64,000 bases of DNA. It comes from Eledone cirrhosa (lineage: Eukaryota). The notes under the pieces are model-generated. The model made no database searches and was not told the origin of the DNA. It saw only the letters and a program-made list of their open reading frames with translations. Shown in pieces: positions 43,951 through 55,774 of this stretch. Position 1 is the stretch's first letter; the number at the start of each line of letters is the position of its first letter. The stretch is taken from contig OZ024745.1 of the NCBI GenBank assembly GCA_964016885.1, positions 67,704,001 through 67,768,000 of the forward strand. The letters are read 5' to 3'. Made by a program: the position numbers and the translations under genes.

Positions 43951-45659
43951 CCTAATGTCTGTACGTAATGAGGGAGTGAGAGGGGAGAGAAAGAAAGGCA
44001 GAGGTGAAGTGACGAAGTGACTCTCTCCTCCTCCTCCTCCATCTCCCCATTCGTCACAGCGATAGAGGGGAGGAATGTTAGTGTGTTACAAAGAGAAAGA
44101 GTGAGAGTGAGAGAAACAGACAGACTAAAAGAGAGGGATAGCTGGAGAGAGAGAGAGAGATAGCAACCACGCGCGCACGTGTTTCCACTGTCGGACAGAC
44201 AGACAGAGAAATTGCTGGTTATATATTATAAGGAGATATTGTAACGAAAGAGTTAAATACTTCACCTTCACGTAATGTAACATGGACAAGTCTACCAAGG
44301 ACAACATTACCCAATTTTTTCTGTCCTATTTATCACAATTGACGTCTGTGAAGCAGACAGTTTTTTTTATTGTTTGTTTGCTTGGGGGGGGGGGGGGATT
44401 TTCTTGGTTATATTTGAACAGCAATAAAATCACTGGCGAAAAAGTGGTAAAAATGTCACAATTTGTGTTAGGAAAAAAAGTCAAAGGAAAAAATACATTT
44501 TCATAACGTAATTAATATCTCTGGGAGATTATTACAGTTATGGCTAGGAGTATTGTTCATAATATTGTAATCCAAGTGCGCATACGATTGCTTTTTTTTT
44601 TTTTAGATTCGTACAATGAAATAACACAAGCGATTTTGTTTTGTCCAAGAAAGAGTAGCTGTGTCCACCAGACACATACAAGGCTGATTATAGGCCCAGG
44701 TCAGATGTGAAATGTCTACCTTTAAAGCTGGGAATAAGCCCTGGCTAGATGGAAATTGTGGACCCCAAAAATAAGTAATAGTTCCAAGCCAAATATCAAT
44801 GTAGTCCCGTGCAAAGCTGGTAGTAGACCCAAGCAGGATGTGAAATTTACGTCCTAATGTAAACTGCTCGTAACATATGTCAGTGTTCAATGCTAAATAC
44901 ATATAAGTTATGTATGGTTTATATATATATGTGAAACCGCATGGCTTAGTGGTTAGTGTTGGGCTTGCAATTGAGAAGTTGTGAGTATGATTCTCCGACC
45001 GGGTGGTGCGTTGGGTTCTTGAGCAAGATACTTTATTTCACGTTGCTTTAGTTCACTCAGCTGTAGAAATGAGTTAGAAATACTAGACATGTCTCCTTCA
45101 AATTATGACCTACTGACTTTAAAAGATAGAGTAGTTACGGTTAGAATGTTCTTGATCCAGAGGTCTTCTGGATTAAAGTTGTCCTGGAGTTTATCACCAC
45201 CACCCAGGCCAGACCGTGGGGAAGGAAAAGAAGTGCAAGTTGGATTGAGCCTCGGTTCAAGTTAGTATTTTTGTTCTACTCTGTTACTTGTAAGTATATA
45301 TACACACACACACACACACACACTCTACTTAAATCAAATCGATGAAGTGTGGCCGAATGGTTAATATTACAATCATAAGGTTCCGAGTTCGATCGCACTG
45401 CGTGGTAAGTGTAATTTATCAATGTCTCGGGTCAACCAAAGTTTGAGAATGAAATTGGGTACATAATTCACTCACACTGAATGCCTTAAGGGCTCACGTG
45501 GAATGCTCACCTACATACACGTTGATTTCATGAGCAGAGGCCGTTCCGTTGATCGAACAGCTGAAACAGAAGTTCATTTACCATACTTTTACATAAATCG
45601 AATATATTTAGCACTGATTACTAAAATACTTTTGGAGGCCTGTTAACATTCACAACTTT

Positions 45660-48120
45660 GAGGACCTACATATCACATCTACTTTGGCCATATTACCATC
45701 TTTTCCTGGTCCTACATGTCGATTTTTTCTGAGCCTATTACCAACTTTGCTCGGGTCTGCATGTCACATCTACCCTGAACCACATTACCATCTTTTCCTG
45801 GGCCTACATGTCACAGCTACCCTGGGCTTTTAACCAGCTTTTCCCAGCCTGCATGTCACATCTGCCCTGGGATTTTAACCAGCTTTGCCCGGCCTACATG
45901 TCACATCTACCCTGGGATTTTAACCAGCTTTGCCCGGCCTACATGTCACATCTGCCCTGGGATTTTAACCAGCTTTGCCCGGCCTACATGTCACATCTGC
46001 CCTGGGATTTTAACCAGCTTTGCCCGCTCTGCGTGTCACATCTGCCCTGGGATTTTAACCAGCTTTTCCCGGTCTACATGTCACATCTACCCTGGGATTT
46101 TAACCAGCTTTGCCCGGTCTACATGTCACATCTACCCTGGGATTTTAACCAGCTTTGCCCAGTCTACATGTCACATCTACCCTGGGATTTTAACCAGCTT
46201 TTTCCGGTCGGCATGTCACATCTGCCCTGGGATTTTAACCAGCTTTTCCCGGTCGGCATGTCACATCTGCCCTGGGATTTTAACCAGCTTTTCCCGGTTG
46301 GCATGTCACATCTACCCTGGGATTTTAACCAGCTTTGCCCGGTCTACATGTCACATCTGCCCTGGGATTTTAACCAGCTTTGCCCGGTCTACATGTCACA
46401 TCTACCCTGGGATTTTAACCAGCTTTGCCCGCTCTGCGTGTCACATCTGCCCTGGGATTTTAACCAGCTTTGCCCGGTCTACATGTCACATCTACCCTGG
46501 GATTTTAACCAGCTTTGCCCGGTCTACATGTCACATCTACCCTGGGATTTTAACCAGCTTTGCCCGGTCTACATGTCACATCTACCCTGGGATTTTAACC
46601 AGCTTTGCCCGCTCTGCGTGTCACATCTGCCCTGGGATTTTAACCAGCTTTGCCCGGTCTACATGTCACATCTACCCTGGGATTTTAACCAGCTTTGCCC
46701 GGTCTACATGTCACATCTACCCTGGGATTTTAACCAGCTTTGCCCGGTCTACATGTCACATCTACCCTGGGATTTTAACCAGCTTTTTCCGGTCGGCATG
46801 TCACATCTGCCCTGGGATTTTAACCAGCTTTTCCCGGTCGGCATGTCACATCTGCCCTGGGATTTTAACCAGCTTTTCCCGGTCGGCATGTCACATCTAC
46901 CCTGGGATTTTAACCAGCTTTGCCCGGTCTACATGTCACATCTGCCCTGGGATTTTAACCAGCTTTGCCCGGTCTACATGTCACATCTACCCTGGGATTT
47001 TAACCAGCTTTTTCCGGTCGGCATGTCACATCTGCCCTGGGATTTTAACCAGCTTTTCCCGGTCGGCATGTCACATCTGCCCTGGGATTTTAACCAGCTT
47101 TGCCCGCTCTGCGTGTCACATCTGCCCTGGGATTTTAACCAGCTTTGCCCGGTCTACATGTCACATCTACCCTGGGATTTTAACCAGCTTTGCCCGGTCT
47201 ACATGTCACATCTACCCTGGGATTTTAACCAGCTTTGCCCAGTCTACATGTCACATCTGCCCTGGGATTTTACCAGTTTTGCCCGGTCTACATGTCACAT
47301 CTACCCTGGGATTTTAACCAGCTTTGCCCGGTCTACATGTCACATCTACCCTGGGATTTTAACCAGCTTTGCCCGCTCTGCGTGTCACATCTGCCCTGGG
47401 ATTTTACCAGTTTTGCCCGGTCTACATGTCACATCTACCCTGGGATTTTAACCAGCTTTTTCCGGTCGGCATGTCACATCTGCCCTGGGATGTTAACCAG
47501 CTTTTCCCGGTCGGCATGTCACATCTGCCCTGGGATTTTAACCAGCTTTTCCCGGTCGGCATGTCACATCTACCCTGGGATTTTAACCAGCTTTGCCCGG
47601 TCTACATGTCACATCTGCCCTGGGATTTTAACCAGCTTTGCTCGGTCTACATGTCACATCTACCCTGGGATTTTAACCAGCTTTTTCCGGTCGGCATGTC
47701 ACATCTGCCCTGGGATTTTAACCAGCTTTGCATGTCACATCTGCCCTGGGATTTTAACCAGCTTTGCCCGGTCGGCATGTCACATCTACCCTGGGATTTT
47801 AACCAGCTTTTTCCGGTCGGCATGTCACATCTGCCCTGGGATTTTAACCAGCTTTGCATGTCACATCTGCCCTGGGATTTTAACCAGCTTTGCCCGGTCG
47901 GCATGTCACATCTACCCTGGGATTTTAACCAGCTTTTCCCGGTCGGCATGTCACATCTGCCCTGGGATTTTAACCAGGTTTGCCCGGTCTGCATGTCACA
48001 TCTGCCCTGGGATTTTAACCAGCTTTTCCCGGTCGGCATGTCACATCTACCCTGGGATTTTAACCAGCTTTGCCCGGACTACATGTCACATCTGCCCTGG
48101 GCCTATTACCAGCTTTACCT
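45660..48120 (+). repeat. 45-bp minisatellite (~50 units)
   Basis: Unit CATGTCACATCT(A/G)CCCTGGGATTTTAACCAGCTTT(G/T)CCCGGTC(TA/GG); homogeneous over ~45850-48100, degenerate at the edges. Confidence 0.97.
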
Positions 48121-48632
48121 GAGCCTACCAGTATTAAAGAGAACAAGAGCAGAAAATGAGTTTCAGAGATTTGCAATTCTGTTGAGAGTAAAAATGTGGG
48201 TAGAGAGGTTGTGTGGGGTGAAACACAGTAAAATGGATGGGAAGAGGACAGACGACTGCATTGGGTTAGATTTTCTTAACATTAATTCGCTGAGTAGGTG
48301 ACTTCCACTTAAAAAGCGCTCAGCTCACTTAATCTACACGTGACTAGAACTAACTGTAATAAAAATAAAATCCCGTCCCCACCATCAACCAGACACAAAC
48401 AAGAAACAAAACAAAAAAAAAGACTAATTCTATCATTTGTAAAAGTGTGTGTGAGAAAAAGAGAGAGAGAGAGAGGTGGGGGGGAATATTCAAACTTTGT
48501 TTCTGGTTTACAAAAGGAACAAAATCAAGCTTTATGGTTACAAATGCTTTCTTTTTAAACAAAAATGATATGTATGAAATGTATGTATGTGTGTGTGTGT
48601 GTGTGTATGTATGTGTGCACGCATGTCTGTGA

Positions 48633-48740
<108 letters not shown>

Positions 48741-48766
48741 TGTAAAATCCCAACGCAGAGGTAGGG

Positions 48767-48811
<45 letters not shown>

Positions 48812-49004
48812 GTAACTTTGAACAATAGCACCAATCGCACTAGGTCGGTAGAACGAAATTCATCGTAATTTAGCGGGTTTAAAGAAAATTATTGTAATTG
48901 ATTTAACTAAATATAAAACGAAATATGGCGATGGCCGGAGTAAGAAGAAGGTCCAGGAAAATTCAAGGACTCGGCATTTTTACGTAGAATGTAATCTAAG
49001 AATT

Positions 49005-49078
<74 letters not shown>

Positions 49079-49093
49079 GTGTATACACGTATA

Positions 49094-49965
49094 CTAGCAG
49101 CGGTGCCCGGCGTTGCACGGGATAAGGTATTTTGGAACGCGGACCGCCAACAGACCTAATCGTGAAAAAAGTGCCTGCCTGGACAATATGTAAAGAAAAT
49201 AAATAGAATACTCTGATGGCTGGATAATCTTTAAGATTTTCCTCGATGAAGCAGGAAAAATGCAGGGGATCAAGAAAATGAATTTATTTTATGTGCATAA
49301 TATGCCTTGAAATTGCGGGAAAATCGGCTAGACGTAACGCCTCCAAAAAGCCCTAAAAACCTGAAAAAATGAAGTTTTTCACCTAATACTTCAAAAAGGC
49401 CATAAAAAAGTTGGATTTTCTTTGCTCACGGTATGAAGAAGAGACTGACTAATACATACACGTAGTTACAATTTCAAGGAAATCGGTCTGACGTAACGCC
49501 TCAAAAAAAACCTAAAAACCTGAAAAAACGCATTTTTTCACCTAATGAATTGAATTTTTTTATGTGCATAACACTCCCTGAAACATAAGTAATACACATG
49601 TAAAGTTTGAAAAAAGTCGGTTGGGTACTTCTCGAGTTTTAGGGATTCAAACTCACACACACACATACATCCTCAGGGAAGTGACGTAATGCAGACAGTA
49701 AGACATACAGACAGATATTATAAGGACGCGACGTTATATGTATGTATCTATCTAAAAAGAGAGACTAAGAATTATAGAGAGAGATCGCTAAATCGTCTAA
49801 TGCGGTCCCTAGGGCATTGAAAATTAAGATTTTGGCTCAGAACACTCCCTGAAACATAAGTATTACATGTGTAAAGTTTAAAAGCAATCGGTTGGGTGGT
49901 TCTCGAGTTTTGGGGATTCAAACTCACACACACACACACGACATACTCAATTTTATATATATAGA
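49094..49965 (-). mobile_element. Non-autonomous Helitron-like element (copy of 41895-42820)
   Basis: Same A|TC 5' and hairpin-CTAG|T 3' ends; colinear with indels. Confidence 0.8.
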
Positions 49966-50090
49966 TAATTTACAATAAATCCCGTTATTTTAACAGACAC
50001 TATGCTTTGTATATGTGTGTGTGTGTGTGTGAGTGTGTATAATCACCATTTAACAGCTGACTTCCCTATTATATATATATATATATATAT

Positions 50091-50210
50091 AACAAAGGGA
50101 AAGTGGTAAGGAACCAGATGGACCATAACGCACTAGAGTACTCAATACTTAGGGTAGTAGAGTGGGAAATAGGCAAAAGTATGAGCTCTGCCGTCGGGGT
50201 CATACTTTTT

Positions 50211-50214
<4 letters not shown>
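50091..50214. mobile_element. Short fold-back PLE-type insert (family F, copy 4, internally deleted)
   Basis: Same termini as the 19956 copy; most of the left arm and the apex are deleted. Confidence 0.75.
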
Positions 50215-50245
<31 letters not shown>

Positions 50246-50253
<8 letters not shown>

Positions 50254-50694
50254 ATACTTTGGGAGGGTCATGTTGCCAATAAGAAACACACGCACCAGTT
50301 GCTTTCACTTCAATTTATTATATATTTATAAATTTATAAATTTACAAATCTACAAACTTATAAATTTCTGGTTGGTTGGTTGGTTCCACAACCAGATAGT
50401 TGTTTATATATAGTCATAGTCCTTTCGTCACACACTGAAGAGGTCACAGAGTGTGTGACGAAAGGACTATGACTATATATAAACAACTATCTGGTTGTGG
50501 AACCAACCAACCAACCAGAAATTTATAAGTTTGTAGATTTGTAAATTTATAAATTTATAAATATATAATAAATTGAAGTGAAAGCAACTGGTGCGTGTGT
50601 TTCTTATTGGCAACATGACCCTCCCAAAGTATAACAATATCGGTTTCAACACACGATTTCAGATAAAGAATCTTGCTAAACAAATTCAGAAACG

Positions 50695-50698
<4 letters not shown>
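50246..50698. mobile_element. Fold-back PLE-type insert with 191-bp arms and a hammerhead at the apex
   Basis: Arms 50246-50436 / 50450-50640 with a 13-nt spacer and a 58-nt tail, in (TA)n. Confidence 0.85.
50433..50471 (+). ncRNA. Minimal hammerhead ribozyme motif
   Basis: CTGAAGA(50435-50441) G GTCACA-gagtg-TGTGAC GAAA(50460-50463) GGAC TA tg. Confidence 0.65.
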
Positions 50699-50790
<92 letters not shown>

Positions 50791-51349
50791 TTGTGTGTAC
50801 TTCACTAATGTTCAATTGTAAGTACAACAACAACAAAAATCTAATTAAACGTTCGATTACCTATAAACGTTATTGTAACTATTTGACTCAGCACTGCACC
50901 AGTATGCAGCTATTTAAACACATGGTCGTCAAACTGTTTGTTTTTAAAAGTTAATAACAAAACTGAAACACATGTAGTTTCCCATCAGCCACAGATTATT
51001 TTTCTATCATAACAGAAAAACAGAGCAGCAATAACCCCCCCCCCCCCCTCATCCTCTCTTTTCTTTGTTCTACCTAACAAACAAGTCAATTGACAGTGTT
51101 ACTGACAAAAATTTAACATTAACGGTTTCCTTTTTATGTTGGTTACCATTGAGTTCTTGGTGTTCTTGGTCTCTGGACTCCTGCAGAGGAGAAGAAATGA
51201 CTAAATACTGGGCATTAACAGGCCAGTTCTTTTTGCGTTGGTCACCATTCAGATCTCCGGTGTCCTTCCAAAGGATCAGTTCTGAATGTTATATCATATT
51301 GAGAAATGCTATCTATCACATTAAGAGCAACTAACAAAGGTTTATCAAA

Positions 51350-53178
51350 TAAATCTGTGATTAAAGATTTTTGAGGGCTCTTTCATGATGTCAGTGTTGT
51401 CTTTGGAGTTCAGAGGAACAATAGAGGATGTTGATGCAAAAGACCATAGAGCACATTTGAGTCTCTTGCATTGAAGCTCTTTGAATTCCTAAAAAGATCC
51501 TCAACCACCAATCATTCATAGACCTTCTCAGTCCTCTTTGTAAAGTAACTTTATGCTCCTTATGTCTTCTCACTAGCAAGTTGGTTTTCTGAGTTCTGTC
51601 TTAGAATCTTTTCATGAAGAGCATGTTTTGTTTCCAGTGGCTGACTTGTAGCTTTATCATTATCACCACATCAGTCTCTGTTTCTTCACTCTGAAACCAA
51701 ATACCTTTGTTCCCGATGAATACACTTGATCACTAAAGTTCTCCCATGTTCTATCAGTCAACACTATCAAGTCATTCATTTCAAGCCTTGCGTACATCTG
51801 GTTGTGTCAATTTTCTAACATCAATACACTTTGGCATCTTCATGCCACACTTATGAATCTTTTAATGGATACAACTTGTGGTCTGTCATATTCTGCACTT
51901 TTCATCATAACTAACATTACAGATATCAATTATGTCATGTTTCTAGGTTATGATAGTCAATCATATGGCCATGTTTTGATCTTGGGAGAGAGATGATTGA
52001 TATGGTTTTCTCTGCTGGGTAGATAGATACATGAGAAATTCATTGAGAAGCAAGTTCTTCTATATCAAAGAATTTCGACACAGTTAACATAGATGCACTT
52101 TGGACAATTCTTGGAAAAATATGTCCACCAACATTCTTAAATATGTTAAGACAGTTGCACAGGGATATGAAGGCTAGGGTGGATTTTAATGGAGAATTAT
52201 CAGATAAAGCTGAAATCGACAATGAAATCAAGGAGATATCCCACCTCTTGCACTCTTTTCAATATTCTTTGCTGAAGTGCTTACACATGCATTCCAGAAC
52301 TGTTAAGAAGGCATACTCTTACAATTTCGAATTACAGGAAGAGTCTCAAATTTTTTTTATTTTTTTTTTGAGTGGTCAATTTCAAGTCAAAAACATTCCA
52401 AGCACTGATTAGAAAACTCCTTTATGCAGAAGATGTTGACTTTTTAGCTCAAACTAATGTTCACACCTGCTCCAAATATTGAGGTGCATGGCACTAGATT
52501 GGTTGTAGTTGACACATTTATTTACCTTCGCAGCATATTGTCGAAAAACGGTTACTAGATGCAGAAATATATCTATACGGTCAGCTTCTGTAGTTTTTGG
52601 AAAATTTGAAAAAAGAGAGTATAGGCGGATCGTAACATAACTAACAAGACCAAGATTTGTGTTTACAAGATTTGCGTACTATGTGCTCTGTTGTACTCTT
52701 CCGAAACAAGGAATGTACACCGTAGACATCTTAGATTGTTTGGTTGCTTTAATCAAATATGTTTGAGCTGCATACTCAACATCAACTAGCAAAACAAAAC
52801 ACCTGAAACAAATGCCACAATATTAACCTCATTGGGAGTATAGGTGGCTGGCGATGTGAAGCATGTGGTCATGTGCTGCTCTCTAAAACTGGGTATGTCA
52901 CTCATTTAAAATCACATGAAAGACCAACTTTACACAACATTCTCCCTCCAAGACCAGGTGACACAAATTGTGTGGTGTGCAGAAAAATCTGCAAAGCAAT
53001 TTCTCATTATAAAAGGCATATGAGAATACATAAAACTGACATTTCACAAACTGACCCAATCAAGTGGAAGGTACATCTTTTGTCAGTCTTCGTTGCTGCA
53101 GCAACGAAGACTGACAAAGGCCATCTGAGAGGTCACAAACAGGTATTTGGTGGTGGTGATGATGATGATGATGATGGT
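51350..53178 (+). pseudogene. Degenerate RTE/BovB-like LINE with C-terminal C2H2 fingers and (GAT)n tail; the 5' part appears inverted
   Basis: KxFDTVN..LWTILGK..CPPTFLNMLRQLHRDMKARV; LLYAED; CEACGH..HLKSH and CVVC..HMRIH; tail at ~53158-53175. Confidence 0.6.
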
Positions 53179-53616
53179 TCACACAGACAGCAATTATCTG
53201 GGAAGATAAAGCAGTCACCGTGTGCATGTGTGTGTATGCATATATCTATATGCATGTGTGTGTATGTGTGTGTATAATTTAGATATGTTGACTATACTTT
53301 AACCAATGTGGCTTTTCCAGGCGCCCCTTATTGCTTGCAATCTTATATATTTTGTTTATATGATATTGATGATGGATCCTCAGTCGATTTCAACGATGAG
53401 CAGAAGGTCCAGCTCATGAATTAACATACAAATGGTTGAGTATTCCTCAGACGTGTGTTCTTAACGTAATTCTCAGCGTGACACAGTGTGTGACAAGGCT
53501 GGACCTCTGACTTACAGGCTGGCCTTTTGAATTACATGTACAATCCATACAGTTTCCGTCTACCCAGATTAACTCACAAGGCTTGGATCAATTCGATGCT
53601 ATGATAAAGATATTCG

Positions 53617-53771
53617 TAGACCTGTCAATTCACCTTGACAGGGAGATTGCTCACCCACTTTGGGGTGGGTGAAAGATGTCTTCTCTTGTGAAAATGGGTA
53701 AAATCTCCCCATTTTGTGGCACTTTTTTTCATGGTACTCCCTGCTTGGGTTTTTAGAGGTTGGCAGGTCTG
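53617..53771. mobile_element. MITE with 6-bp TSD (family of 23279-23473)
   Basis: TAGACCTGTCAA...TTGGCAGGTCTG flanked by TATTCG/TATTCA. Confidence 0.75.
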
Positions 53772-54689
53772 TATTCAGTAGACACTTGCTTAAGATGTCA
53801 CACAGTGGGATTGAATCTGGGGCCTCATTTAAACCTGGTGGAATTAATGTTTCTCCAGATCTGAGCACAGCCAATTATTTCCAGAGAGAGGGTGAAATAG
53901 AGAGGAAGGATCAACCAAGTACTGTTACTTTATTTATCAACCTTGAAAGGCTGAAAGGCAAAGTTGACCTTAGTGGGATTTGAGCTATGAGTGCAGAGAG
54001 CCAGAACAAATGTTCCGAAGCATTGTATCTGACATCCTAACGCCTCTGCTAATTCAGTCTCTCAATAATAAATACAAATGGAAGATTTCTAAATATAATT
54101 TTAAAATTACTAGAATTCTTTCTCTGTCTTTTTAAAGTGATAATCCCACTGATATACAGAACTGCAGCAATTTGGAAAGCTGAACACTGTGAGAAAAATA
54201 ACTAACTAAACAATTTTTGTTCTTAAAAAGCAGTCAAACGACTTAAAGTAAACATTTTATACGTTGACTGGCAATGAAGAGGCTTCATATCATTCATAAA
54301 AGCTTGTGAATGGCGTGAGGTCAAGTTATGTTTAACACTAAATAAATAAAATTGTATTTCAGCATAGCTTGAATATAATCTCAGGTTAGTCCCTTGGATA
54401 AATATTCAACCATAAAAGTATTTATTTTTCTTTCATATTATGTATTTAAATGTGTCATAGTTCTGCTAATTTGTAAAGAGCATCATTTTACTTATAACTA
54501 ACATTTCCTCTATGGTGCACAGATGCGCTGCTGTGCATTCATAGTACTGGTGCAGTGCAGTAGCTTTGAATTTAAAAATTGATACTTGGAGTATCAGACT
54601 TTCCACTGAGTTGGGAAAAATTGGGGAAACCTTGTTTACAACTCAATCTTCACTGACTTATACATGTATTGCAAAGTAGTCTCCTATTA

Positions 54690-54860
54690 ATTAATTCCAT
54701 ACATGTGGTATTAAGAAGTAGGTTAGTGATAATTCTACACGTGGCATTGAGAAGTAGATTAGTCATTATAAATCCATACATGTGGCATTGAGAAGTAGAT
54801 TAGTCATTATAATTCCATACATGTGGTATTGAGAAGCAGATTAGTTGTCTATTATAATTC
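54690..54860 (+). repeat. ~40-bp minisatellite, 4 copies
   Basis: TAATTCCATACATGTGG(T/C)ATTGAGAAGTAGATTAGTCATT repeats. Confidence 0.85.
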
Positions 54861-55494
54861 TATTCACATAACGAATGTATGAGCAATATGAAATCTACTG
54901 GTAAAAATATTTTTTCGACCCCCACAAAAGTTGATTTCAGCAGGATTTTTAAATACTGTATAGATTTTATAAGAAGCTCTAACGATTCTGCCAATCACTT
55001 CCACATTAGGTTCATACAGCAGTGATTTTCAGTTTGAAGGGCACTACCTTTAAATAAGGAATAGGAGGTAATTTAAGGAGTGGAGACCAAAATTAATGTT
55101 AAAATTTGGTTTAAAACACTAATTAAAAATGATTTAAATTTAAATGTGTTATAATTCATCTGATACATTGTGGAATATGAAAACTAGTTTGTTTTAAGAA
55201 GCTGCTACAATGCAAATGGAGCTATATTGAGGAAGAAATAAATTAAAATAGGTCAGGATGTTACATTGAAAACATTTAATAGCCCCTTATATTTCTGGTA
55301 ATATATCTCTTGGCAAAGGGGAAAATTTTTTAAATCAGTCAGGGTGGAATTTATATTTAATAATTTTTTAAAATTAAATTGCAGCTAGAAATTATAAATC
55401 TGATTGAGCAGAAGATTTCTGTATGAATTAAAAATGTCATACAATTGATAGATAACATTTTATCTAGCAGTAGAGATTTCTGGTTCCTTGGCCC

Positions 55495-55700
55495 CAAGAC
55501 CACCTCCCCATTCACCAACATTGGCACAGAGTTGGCTACCCTCGGGTGAGCCTCACGAGCTGGAATGGCTCTTCCAGCGTGTCTCCCTCACCATCCTCTG
55601 GAGAAATGGCTTCTCTATTGTGTCCGCTAGAGTCACAGGGCGGCCAGAAAGGGGGAGAAACAGGGGAAGTTTGGTTCCTTTGTGTTCGGATCTGGTGTAT
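55495..55700 (+). pseudogene. Third, more diverged CRE-like 3' fragment
   Basis: EPHELEWLFQRVSLTILWRNGFSIVSA. Confidence 0.6.
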
Positions 55701-55774
55701 ATGTAGTCTCTGAATATAGGCTCTCTCTCTCTCTCTCTGATGCCTCACACATCACCATCTAATATTGGTGATCA

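Larger units (their letters stand above)
42821..44236 (-). mobile_element. Second Helitron-like element abutting the first, carrying a minisatellite and a SINE
   Basis: Minus-strand A|TCTCCTTATAATATATAAA start at 44236; 37-bp palindrome ending in CTAG at 42857-42821. Confidence 0.6.

Noticed and set aside
45808-47451. 547-aa ORF as a real gene
   Set aside because: Pure 15-aa repeat; 1-nt deletions shift the frame freely; no signal peptide or splice evidence.
45808-48120. CRISPR-like appearance (constant ~30-bp block plus variable segment)
   Set aside because: The variable part has only about three recurring short variants rather than unique spacers; no cas genes; eukaryotic context.
52855-53040. 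Host C2H2 zinc-finger gene
   Set aside because: The fingers directly follow a decayed RTE RT and precede a (GAT)n tail, so they are best read as the LINE C-terminus.
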